Assembly: GCA_964637185.1 (NCBI GenBank)
Contig: CAZWVB010000002.1
Span: forward strand, 1,375-65,374
Length of the DNA stretch: 64,000 bases
DNA from: an uncultured Candidatus Saccharibacteria bacterium
GTDB taxonomy: Bacteria > Patescibacteriota > Saccharimonadia > CAILAD01 > BJGX01
Direction of reading: 5' to 3'
The position numbers were made by a program, and so were the translations under genes. Below are positions 48,267-56,298 of this stretch, in pieces. The notes beneath the pieces were generated by a model, which ran no database searches, was not told the origin of the DNA, and worked only from the letters and a program-made list of their open reading frames with translations. How positions within the stretch are numbered: position 1 is the first letter of the stretch; each line of letters begins with the position of its first letter.

Positions 48267-48446
48267 TCTCTGACCAACCTGCGGGTAGGCCGAGCGTCTG
48301 GGATAGCATCCCGGAGGCTCGGCCACCAGCCTGAGTATTCAAATCCGCTGTCCAGCGAATTGAATCTTCAGGTTGAAATAACTATGTTGTAAATACGACG
48401 TCAGCCCCCAGCGGGAGGCGGACGCCTGCTTGCTAGGGGCTGTTGA

Positions 48447-48812
48447 TCAGGAAGTGATGACTGCGTCTCTCCACAGAGATGCGATCGCTCGTTCACCTTC
48501 CTCCCGCGACACGATCGTAGGTGTGGCGTAGTGCAGGTCGCCGACGAACGACGTTCTCCAGGTACCCGAGGTGATCCTCGCTTTGTCCTGCTTTCCACAG
48601 AAGGTGCACAGGCGATAGCGGTTGCGACCACTGTTACCCACCCATTCCAGTACTTCAGCGTGTGGGCAGGTAGCCCGCAGCTGATTGATCAGATCAGGAA
48701 GCTTCCGGGCGGCCTCCTGCGCTTGACGGATCTGCAACCGCAGCAGGTTGAGTTTGTCCTGCAAGGTCACCTCGCCACCCAACTCCCGTGGGCCAGCGTC
48801 ATCATCGATCAT
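48447..48812 (-). CDS. Small C4 zinc-ribbon protein, unknown function (high-GC island).
   Basis: 121 aa. AGGAGAAG RBS. Cysteine pairs CPHAEVLEW…RLCTFCGK. GC is like purE/purC. Confidence 0.4.
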   Translation of the reverse strand: MIDDDAGPRELGGEVTLQDKLNLLRLQIRQAQEAARKLPDLINQLRATCPHAEVLEWVGNSGRNRYRLCTFCGKQDKARITSGTWRTSFVGDLHYATPTIVSREEGERAIASLWRDAVITS

Positions 48813-48895
48813 GGTCTTCTCCTATTCGATCGAGGTTGCTACCTGGTGTAGCGAACTGCAAGTATGCTAGCATTTAGCAATAATAAATTCAACGA

Positions 48896-49711
48896 CTACT
48901 CGTGATAGTCGCGAAAAAGGGGTTTTACCTTGGCAATATCTGTCAGCAGATCTTTGTTGCTGTATTTGCGGCGCTCTATCTGTTGCCAGCCTGGTCCGTC
49001 ATTGCTAGGATCGGCCGGACTGACCGAATGCAGCCAGTTGAGATGGCTATCGAGCTGGCCACTCTCAGGATCTCGTCGGCTGTAGTGCAACACTTGGCAG
49101 TTAAATATCTTTACGCCTGGCTCCTTGGAAGACTCTAGCTCCATCCATCGGTTGATGGACAACCTCTCCAGCAGGAAGCGAAATCCCCACATCACCTCAC
49201 CATGACAGACTATTATTACATTTTTGTCACTGCATTCGCGGTGCAGCGTATCGAGTACGTTGCGCAGACGCAAGGTCATATGGGCGATTGATTCTCCATT
49301 GGGCGGTACCCAGTAGAACGAATCGGTATCACGATGCTTCATAAGCTGCTCGGACTTGGCTTGGCGCTCCTCCCAGCTCATGTTGTCCAGATCGCCCCAC
49401 TCGCGCTCGCGCAGCATGGGCTCCACAAACCAATCTGGGCCATGTAGATCCAACAACGCTGCCGTCTCTTTGGCTCGTATGTAATCTGATACGATGCGTC
49501 GATCAAACATAGCCATATCGTTAGCCTTGAGCCACTTGCCGGCAGCCTTGGCTTGCCCCTGGCCTTTGTGCGTGAGACGATGTCTGGAACTATGTCTGTC
49601 TTGGAACTCTTTGGTATAAAAACTCGGATCGCCTTCTTTCGACTTGTGAGAGGCTAAGTTCTGCTCACTCTGGCCGTGGCGCACCAGTACTAGATTGATC
49701 GGCATGGTCAT
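48896..49711 (-). CDS. Histidine phosphatase superfamily (phosphoglycerate-mutase-like) protein
   Basis: 271 aa. N-terminal LVRHGQSEQN (the RHG catalytic motif) and a downstream His (IVCHGEVMWGF). Confidence 0.65.
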   Translation of the reverse strand: MTMPINLVLVRHGQSEQNLASHKSKEGDPSFYTKEFQDRHSSRHRLTHKGQGQAKAAGKWLKANDMAMFDRRIVSDYIRAKETAALLDLHGPDWFVEPMLREREWGDLDNMSWEERQAKSEQLMKHRDTDSFYWVPPNGESIAHMTLRLRNVLDTLHRECSDKNVIIVCHGEVMWGFRFLLERLSINRWMELESSKEPGVKIFNCQVLHYSRRDPESGQLDSHLNWLHSVSPADPSNDGPGWQQIERRKYSNKDLLTDIAKVKPLFRDYHE

Positions 49712-49845
49712 AACAATATTGTAGTTGACTGCTTAACAGATAGATAGTCAAGATATTTTACCCAATAACGAAAAAGACCCACGGAATACGAAACCGTGTG
49801 GTCTTTTCCGTGGGTCGATTGTCTGCTGCCAGCCCAGCTCGCTAC

Positions 49846-50406
49846 TTAGGCGCTCATTAGTGGCTCGATCAGGGCAATCAGCTCATGAGTGGCCTGCTCC
49901 AGGTCATTGTTGACAATCACCCTTGGCCAAATGGTAGTGAGGGCTGCGATCTCAGATGGTGCTGCCGCAAGTCGCTTCAGGGCTGCGGCCTTGTCTTCAC
50001 TACCTCGTCCTAGAAGCCGTTGCTCGACTACAGCCAACTGCTCCTCCAGATTGTTACCTGGCGGCAAGATCCCAACCAAGTAGGCATCTGGCTTCGCCGC
50101 CAACACCTGTTGTGCACCCTGGACCTCTATCTCAAGCAGGGTATGTCCTTCTTCGCGGTACCAAGAGCCGTAGAGGTTGCCGCCAAACTCTGCCCACTCG
50201 AGAAATTCGCCTCTCTCAACTGCCTGCATGAACTCATCGCGAGAGACATACTGGTAACGCTTGATACCATCGTCGTCGCCCACACGCCATTCCCGGGTAG
50301 TCCAGGAGAGACCGACTTGAAGCTCGGGAAATCGATCAAGAACTCTGCGAAGCAAGGTACCCTTACCCACACCAGATGGGCCCGACACTACTATCAGTAT
50401 GCTCAT
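49846..50406 (-). CDS. gmk: Guanylate kinase
   Basis: 186 aa. P-loop VVSGPSGVGKGTLLRRV and SWTTREWRVGDDDGIKRYQYVSRDEF (the GMP-binding motif S.TTR…E.DG.DY.FVS). GC about 55%. Confidence 0.85.
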   Translation of the reverse strand: MSILIVVSGPSGVGKGTLLRRVLDRFPELQVGLSWTTREWRVGDDDGIKRYQYVSRDEFMQAVERGEFLEWAEFGGNLYGSWYREEGHTLLEIEVQGAQQVLAAKPDAYLVGILPPGNNLEEQLAVVEQRLLGRGSEDKAAALKRLAAAPSEIAALTTIWPRVIVNNDLEQATHELIALIEPLMSA

Positions 50407-50476
50407 GATGCCGCCTTTGGTAGTGGTCTAGTTGAACTGGTGTACTTTACCACTCCTGTAGCCATCTAGCAAGTAT

Positions 50477-50500
50477 CAAAAAAGACCCATTGCTGGGTCG
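50477..50500 (-). terminator. Rho-independent terminator immediately after the tmRNA CCA end.
   Basis: On the minus strand: …CCACCAAAAGC-GACCCA-GCAA-UGGGUC-UUUUUUGA. Confidence 0.6.
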
Positions 50501-50504
50501 CTTT

Positions 50505-50885
50505 TGGTGGAGCTGGAGGGAATCGCACCCTCGTCCACATGGCTAAGTCAGTACCGTCTACAAGCGTAGTCGCATCTAATTGGTTTGAGAAGCTAGTGGT
50601 ATCGAGAGATCCGACAAAAACAACCGCTCGCTTCCCCTATCTTTGGTCTTAGCTTGGTCATGAAGGGGCTAACCAAGAGCAATCAGATAAATGACGCGTC
50701 ATACCCCATCTGATGTCAGGTAGTCAGCGGCTTACGACAATTAAGCGTAGGCTGGTGCAAGACTAGAGTTAACTAGGTTGCGCATAAGTGATTTGGCACT
50801 TATAGATTGGTGAGCCAGCTAACGTGTAGCTCAACCCGGCTTGCTAGTACTGTCAAAGATCCACATGTCGAAGCTAATCAGCCCC
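50505..50885 (-). ncRNA. ssrA: Transfer-messenger RNA (tmRNA, SsrA), 381 nt with encoded CCA.
   Basis: Minus-strand 5' end GGGGCUGAUUAGCUUCGACAUGUGG (compare E. coli GGGGCUGAUUCUGGAUUCGACGGG). Minus-strand 3' end GGACGAGGGUGCGAUUCCCUCCAGCUCCACCA (T-arm + acceptor + CCA). The 5' GGGGCUG pairs with the 3' CAGCUCC. Candidate tag frame after an A/U-rich tract: GCC AAA UCA … GCC UAC GCU UAA (…LAPAYA*). A flanking promoter and terminator are also present. Confidence 0.85.
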
Positions 50886-50894
50886 AATATCTAG

Positions 50895-50923
50895 ATTATA
50901 CAATAACTTGGTATATTTTGCAA
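50895..50923 (-). promoter_or_regulatory. Candidate ssrA promoter: TTGCAA-17-TATAAT on the minus strand.
   Basis: -10 TATAAT is the reverse complement of 50895–50900. -35 TTGCAA is at 50918–50923. The mature tmRNA 5' end is 10 nt downstream, consistent with a short leader removed by RNase P. Confidence 0.45.
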
Positions 50924-50947
50924 TTATTTGGTTATTTAAGGTATAAA
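50918..50947 (+). promoter_or_regulatory. Candidate plus-strand promoter TTGCAA-18-TATAAA for the glycosyltransferase cluster. It shares the palindromic -35 hexamer with the ssrA promoter.
   Basis: TTGCAA (50918–50923) is its own reverse complement. TATAAA is at 50942–50947. The first glycosyltransferase gene starts at 50971. Confidence 0.35.
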
Positions 50948-50970
50948 AGCTAAAATATACCTGTAGTAAT

Positions 50971-51993
50971 ATGAAGTCTTTATCTGTCAATGTAATATCC
51001 GAGAGCGTTTTTACCGTGCAGGGGCACGGTGTACACACCGCCTATGTGGAACACGTAAGAGCCTTGCGCAGCATACCCAATATAAAAGTTGCCGTCAATA
51101 AATCAGATGGTAAGTACGATATCGTTCATATCCACACTACCGGGCTATACGCGCTCAAATTCTTATTGGCCAAAGGAACCCCAAAGGTAGTGTCGGCACA
51201 TATTCTACCAGCGTCTCTAGTCGGTAGCTTTGTTGGGGCCAAATACTGGAGCCCGCTAGCCAAACGTTATCTTAGGTGGTTTTACAATCAAGCTGATACT
51301 GTTCTGGCCGTCAGCCAAGACGTCAGCCGCGAACTAACCAGACTAGGTGTTACCAAGCCGGTAGTTGCAATACCAAACATGATAGATACCGCACGATTCC
51401 GGCAGACAAATCACGCTAGTAAAAAGCTTCGAGACAGTCTTGGTATAGATTCAAAGGCCTTCGTAGTGATAACCATAGGCCAAATTCAACCACGTAAAGG
51501 TCTCAATACATTTCTAAGTGTGGCCAAAAGGCTTCCAGATATAACATTTGTTTGGGTTGGCGGGATGCCGTTCAAACAGCTCGGTGCGGCCAAACATAAG
51601 CTGACCAAGACAATGCAATCTGCACCCAAAAACGTAATTTTTACAGGAATAGTAAGTTTGGATGATATGCCGGCGTACTATCAAATAGCTGATGTCTTCT
51701 TTTTGCCATCACTACAGGAAACTTTTGGTATAGTAGTAGTAGAAGCTGCCGCTTCAAAACTCCCTATCGTGCTCAGAGACTTGGCAGTTTATAAAGATGC
51801 ATTTGGTAGTACTTACCTGAAAGGTAGCAACGTTGTAGAATTCACAAAACTTATTAAAAGACTCTCAAAAGATAGGGATTTCTACTTGAAGTCACAAAAA
51901 GCCAGTGCGGCAGTAAGTAAAATGTATGATGTCAAAACCGTGATAAAAGATATAGTAACCATTTACCAATCACTAGATAGAGATAAATCATGA
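50971..51993 (+). CDS. Glycosyltransferase family 4 (GT-B fold)
   Basis: 340 aa. C-terminal GT4 region with FFLPSLQETFGIVVVEAAASKLPIV (E-x7-E motif). Confidence 0.65.
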   Translation: MKSLSVNVISESVFTVQGHGVHTAYVEHVRALRSIPNIKVAVNKSDGKYDIVHIHTTGLYALKFLLAKGTPKVVSAHILPASLVGSFVGAKYWSPLAKRYLRWFYNQADTVLAVSQDVSRELTRLGVTKPVVAIPNMIDTARFRQTNHASKKLRDSLGIDSKAFVVITIGQIQPRKGLNTFLSVAKRLPDITFVWVGGMPFKQLGAAKHKLTKTMQSAPKNVIFTGIVSLDDMPAYYQIADVFFLPSLQETFGIVVVEAAASKLPIVLRDLAVYKDAFGSTYLKGSNVVEFTKLIKRLSKDRDFYLKSQKASAAVSKMYDVKTVIKDIVTIYQSLDRDKS

Positions 51994-53219
51994 AAATTGG
52001 TTTTTTTACAGATCGCTACTACCCACAAACTGACGGCGTTGCGGTGTCAGTAGATCTTTTTGCCAAAGCCTTGCACCAGATGGGTCACGAAGTGATAATA
52101 TTTTGTCCTCAAGGACCAGAGAAATTACCAAACGAGCCTACCAATATAGTACGCTTCCGCTCGGCGCCTAGTATTTGGTATGAAGACTATCGAGACACTT
52201 TTCCTTTTACACCACTTAGTTTGCGCAAAGCCAAATCATATGAGCTTGATATCGTACATGTACACACTCCAGGAATGATAGGTATGCTAGGTATCAGAAT
52301 AGCTCGTGAATATGGGCTACCACTAGTAGCAACACATCACACCGACATAGAACAATACATCAAGGTATACAAACGTATCATGGCCGGCTTTGTGGCAGTG
52401 TTGTTCTTGGCTCCGGCCCTGATGAAAGCATCCAAAGCTTACCCAGAATCGCTACGAAGCCTCAAACCCCAGCGTTCAGCTAGAAGCTGGAATAGACATG
52501 TTATCCGGCACAATGTGAAGTTATTCTATGATTTTTGCGATGTAGTGATTGCGCCCTCTCCCAAAATTGCAACCTTGCTACATGGGTATGGCTTGTCGAG
52601 CCCGGTCGAGGTATTACCTACAGGGATTGATACTACTGAGAATATACCTGACTGGGATATGCGCAAGCATCTCAAACTCAACAAAGACGACCTGATCTTG
52701 GTATATGTCGGCCGGCTGGGTGAAGAAAAAAACCTCAGCTTGACTATATCTGCGCTACCAGCGGTAATCAAAACTATACCAAACACCCATCTGGTACTTG
52801 TTGGAGATGGCCCATATTCTGGAGAGCTGAAACAACTCACCAATGATTTGGCGCTAGACGAACATGTGCATATGCTAGGTATGTTGCCACACGCTAAGGC
52901 ACTAGCTGCTATGAAGGCCTCAGATATTTTTGTTTTCCCTTCTACTACCGACACCCAGGGACTTGTACTCAACGAAGCTGCCTGGGTCGGGTTGCCTCTG
53001 ATTTGGTGCGACGATAATATCTCTACAGTGACAACCAATCATCGTACAGGCCTGCTATCCGATTCTAATAGAAATGATCTGGCGAAGAACATATTGTATC
53101 TAGCACAACATCATAACCTAAGAGAGCAAATGTCTTCCGAGAGCCACCAAGCTGCTCAAAAAATTACTATTAAAGAGCAAGCAGAAAAGCTTCTGACAAT
53201 ATATAGCAAGCTTAGATAG
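51990..53219 (+). CDS. Glycosyltransferase family 4
   Basis: 409 aa. N-terminus MKIGFFTDRYYPQTDGVAVSV, GRLGEEKNL, and FVFPSTTDTQGLVLNEAAWVGLPLI (E-x7-E). Overlaps the preceding gene by 4 nt. Confidence 0.8.
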   Translation: MKIGFFTDRYYPQTDGVAVSVDLFAKALHQMGHEVIIFCPQGPEKLPNEPTNIVRFRSAPSIWYEDYRDTFPFTPLSLRKAKSYELDIVHVHTPGMIGMLGIRIAREYGLPLVATHHTDIEQYIKVYKRIMAGFVAVLFLAPALMKASKAYPESLRSLKPQRSARSWNRHVIRHNVKLFYDFCDVVIAPSPKIATLLHGYGLSSPVEVLPTGIDTTENIPDWDMRKHLKLNKDDLILVYVGRLGEEKNLSLTISALPAVIKTIPNTHLVLVGDGPYSGELKQLTNDLALDEHVHMLGMLPHAKALAAMKASDIFVFPSTTDTQGLVLNEAAWVGLPLIWCDDNISTVTTNHRTGLLSDSNRNDLAKNILYLAQHHNLREQMSSESHQAAQKITIKEQAEKLLTIYSKLR

Positions 53220-53227
53220 TGAATCCG

Positions 53228-53977
53228 TTAACGAACTTGCTCCCAGTGCTTTGAGTGAGCCTTCTTCCGAAATACCACCGAGACATTGTTGAGATTCCAC
53301 TGCCAAAGTGTTTTTAGGTAGCCTTGTTTGCGAAACCGTCGTGGGGACTCGAAAACCACCAAATTCCGATCAAAACTGATGTGCCCAATCTGCTTTAGTC
53401 GCCGATAAAGCTCAGTGTCTTCTCCTGCAACAAGATTCGATCGATAGCCACCAATCGCTTCAAAGCTGGATTTGCGGATAATTTGGCACTCTCCCCTGCC
53501 TGCAGCAATATGAAGTTTCGTTGCCACACCAAAGCCCAAATTGATCAATCCATGGAAGAATCTATCTTTTCTGGTTTGCTCTGCAATATCTGTGTTGACT
53601 TTGCAAGCTATGGCCACCAATCGATCGTCAACCTCAAAACCATCAATAATAGTGGTGATAAAGTGCGCCGGATCGCGCAATCTTACATCGGCGTCCAAAA
53701 ACAGTAATACTTTGCCGCTCGCTTTGGCTGCACCAAGATTTCGACCTAGTGCAATCGTTTGCCGAACCCCAGGGTCTGCTTCGAGCACAAGGTCCGCCTT
53801 GTTTTTGGCAATTTTAAGGGTGTTGTCATTGCTACCACCATCGCTTACTATGATCTGTAAATGATGATGCTTATAAAGATCCAGGCCATTAAATTGTGCC
53901 AAAGCCCCACCAATCACTTTCTCTTCATTGAGAGTTGGTATGATTATCGATACTGCTATTGAGTGCTCTTTGCCCAT
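53228..53977 (-). CDS. Glycosyltransferase family 2 (dolichyl-phosphate hexose transferase-like)
   Basis: VSIIIPTLNEEKVI and LFLDADVRL (DxD). The longer ORF, up to 54040, would start with TTG and overlap the divergent plus-strand gene. The ATG at 53977 is preferred. Confidence 0.7.
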   Translation of the reverse strand: MGKEHSIAVSIIIPTLNEEKVIGGALAQFNGLDLYKHHHLQIIVSDGGSNDNTLKIAKNKADLVLEADPGVRQTIALGRNLGAAKASGKVLLFLDADVRLRDPAHFITTIIDGFEVDDRLVAIACKVNTDIAEQTRKDRFFHGLINLGFGVATKLHIAAGRGECQIIRKSSFEAIGGYRSNLVAGEDTELYRRLKQIGHISFDRNLVVFESPRRFRKQGYLKTLWQWNLNNVSVVFRKKAHSKHWEQVR

Positions 53978-54033
53978 AGTTAGTATGCTAGCAGTATCGC
54001 CACCTAGATTGCAAAGCGCTATACTATTAGCTG

Positions 54034-55140
54034 ATGGCAAAAAAGATACTTATATTGAGTTCGATATATGGTCATGGGCACATTGCAACAGCCAAAGCTG
54101 TTGAATCGGCCCTGCTGGCCATAGATGAGGCCCTCGAAGTAGATATTATTGATTTTGGTGAAGTTCTGGGCTCCGATTTCAACAAAACTACCAAAAAAAC
54201 ATATGATAACTGGTCCAAGTATTCGCCTATCTTTTATCAGATTTTTTTCGAAGCCACTGATCGACCATCTGTGGTTAAGGCTCTCAATAAGATCGGTTAT
54301 CGTATCAACAAACAAAGGCTAGAGACATTTTTCAAATCCAAGGAGGCCGACTTGATACTTATCAATGCTCCAGGCTGGGTGTACACAGCTAGTCTAGTGA
54401 GTAAAAACATTATCAGCGGCGCGCCAGTAGTTACTTTGGTGACAGATACAATCTCGCTACACACATCGTGGACAATCGGCAATGTCGATCAATACTTAGT
54501 GCCCAACGAAGATAGCGCTGCAGTACTCCATAGTATGGGTGTAGCGCACTCCAAACTTCATAGTTTTGGCTATCCTGTCGACCAAAGAATATTTGATCCA
54601 GGCTTTGAAAGTATCAAATTCATGCATAAGCACGGCATCAACAGCGGCCAAAAAAATTTCCTTTACTTACCTGCTAGTGATAGTAGTTTGACAGCTCAAC
54701 GCCAAATCCGTCGTCTCAACCGCCTCTACCCTGACTGGGGGATTGTCGTAGTCTGCGGCCGCAATCAAGCCTTGTATAAGTCACTTAAAAAATCCAGTGG
54801 CCAATATAAAAGCCATATATTTGGCTGGACCGATGAGTGGCCTTACTTCATACGTTCTAGCGACATAGTCATCACCAAAGCTGGTGGCTCGACTGTCATG
54901 GAGTGTATTAGTGCGGGCAAGCCTCAGATTATCACCAAGATAATACCCGGACAAGAAGAAGGCAACGCGCTATATGTACAAAAAAACCAGCTTGGTGAAA
55001 TTTGCCTCAATGGTAAATACCTTGGAGATTCTATCGCAAAGATTATAACTGATTACGACGGCTACACAACTCGATGCAAATCAGTTACCAACCCAGATGT
55101 TAATCAACAGATAGCTGATTTTTTACTAAGTTTGATGTAG
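54034..55140 (+). CDS. MGDG-synthase-like / UgtP-MurG-type (GT28) glycosyltransferase
   Basis: 368 aa. N-terminus KILILSSIYGHGHIATAKAV and C-terminal ITKAGGSTVMECISAGKPQI, typical of diacylglycerol glycosyltransferases/MurG. Confidence 0.65.
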   Translation: MAKKILILSSIYGHGHIATAKAVESALLAIDEALEVDIIDFGEVLGSDFNKTTKKTYDNWSKYSPIFYQIFFEATDRPSVVKALNKIGYRINKQRLETFFKSKEADLILINAPGWVYTASLVSKNIISGAPVVTLVTDTISLHTSWTIGNVDQYLVPNEDSAAVLHSMGVAHSKLHSFGYPVDQRIFDPGFESIKFMHKHGINSGQKNFLYLPASDSSLTAQRQIRRLNRLYPDWGIVVVCGRNQALYKSLKKSSGQYKSHIFGWTDEWPYFIRSSDIVITKAGGSTVMECISAGKPQIITKIIPGQEEGNALYVQKNQLGEICLNGKYLGDSIAKIITDYDGYTTRCKSVTNPDVNQQIADFLLSLM

Positions 55141-55177
55141 AGGACAACGACAACTTGGTTATGCTAACATAATAGTT

Positions 55178-56236
55178 ATGACTGGACGGCAGATGAAACC
55201 ACCGGTGCACGCCTCGCGCATGCACCAAAATCTTAGTCATCGCATAGATGATCAAGGCATAACGGCTCCTGTGCATATCACCCCACAGCACCAGGGTATC
55301 AAACTTGATATATCGGATGTCGAGACAGAGCTGCGGCGTGACTATCTGCATAATTACTACGTCATCATCTCCCCCAACCGTGCACGCAGGCCATTTGACA
55401 CCACCACCGAAGAACGTCATCTGGTCGAAACACTACACTCGCCAAAGTTAGACGACCAACCAAGTGTATTTAGCATAGACGACGATCATCACAATTGGCT
55501 TGTTAAGGTAGTAAGTAACAAATACCCGTCACTGACGCCTATGAATCCCCAGGCTTATGGCATGCAAGAGATCATCATTGATACACCTTTGAGCAACAGA
55601 GCATTGGCTAGTCTATCTACCCAACAAATATCTAAGGTATTAGCAGCATTTTCAGCCCGGATAGCTAGTCTAAGCAAGCAAGATGCGATTGAATATGTCA
55701 TTGGCTTCCACAATGATGGTTATAGTGCCGGTGCGAGCCTTGCACATGCACACAGCCAGATCATGGCACTGCCGCTAGTGCCGCCCAAGATCCAGGCTGA
55801 AGCCAATAGTGTCGAAGATTACTTTACCGAAAAGAAAAGCGATCCATATGAAGACATCATCAACTACGAACAAAGCGCCGACAAACGCATTATCGAGGAG
55901 ACTGACAATTTCATCAGCTTTTGCCCATTTGCACCACGTTGGCCATTTGAAGTCTGGATTATGCCCAAACGCGCTGCGGTCTCAATTACCGAATTTTATG
56001 CTGATGAGCTCAATACTCTGGCCAATATGCTCAAAAATGTCATTGGAAAGCTTTGCCGCCACAACCTCAGCTATAATTTTTACCTAGAAGAAGGTGTCTC
56101 ACCACATCATCGCTTTGTACTCAAGATATGTGGTCGCACTGGTATCTGGGGCGGTTTTGAAGTCGGTACAGACATCATCATCAACTCGGTAGCACCAGAA
56201 AGTGCTGCCAAATGGTACCGCGATGTAAGTAGATAA
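55178..56236 (+). CDS. Galactose-1-phosphate uridylyltransferase-like (GalT, HIT superfamily)
   Basis: 352 aa. YYVIISPNRARRPFD (the GalT signature NPL..VLVSPHRAKRP) and the HIT-like catalytic motif LAHAHSQIMALP (GalT HPHGQ). Confidence 0.6.
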   Translation: MTGRQMKPPVHASRMHQNLSHRIDDQGITAPVHITPQHQGIKLDISDVETELRRDYLHNYYVIISPNRARRPFDTTTEERHLVETLHSPKLDDQPSVFSIDDDHHNWLVKVVSNKYPSLTPMNPQAYGMQEIIIDTPLSNRALASLSTQQISKVLAAFSARIASLSKQDAIEYVIGFHNDGYSAGASLAHAHSQIMALPLVPPKIQAEANSVEDYFTEKKSDPYEDIINYEQSADKRIIEETDNFISFCPFAPRWPFEVWIMPKRAAVSITEFYADELNTLANMLKNVIGKLCRHNLSYNFYLEEGVSPHHRFVLKICGRTGIWGGFEVGTDIIINSVAPESAAKWYRDVSR

Positions 56237-56298
56237 AAAAGTTATTTTAGTAAAAAATAAACCATTATGCTTGATTTTCGTATTTTGTTTGTATATTC

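Noticed and set aside
47475-48326. 283-aa minus-strand ORF (and several 60–130-aa ORFs) antisense to purC/purE
   Set aside because: These are typical long 'shadow' ORFs produced by high GC content. They are antisense to genes with clear PurC/PurE signatures.
48330-48365. TTCAAATCC-containing segment resembling a tRNA T-loop (possible att-site tRNA fragment) in the high-GC block
   Set aside because: The flanking 5 nt on either side are not complementary, so no T-stem or acceptor stem can be formed. Judged coincidental.
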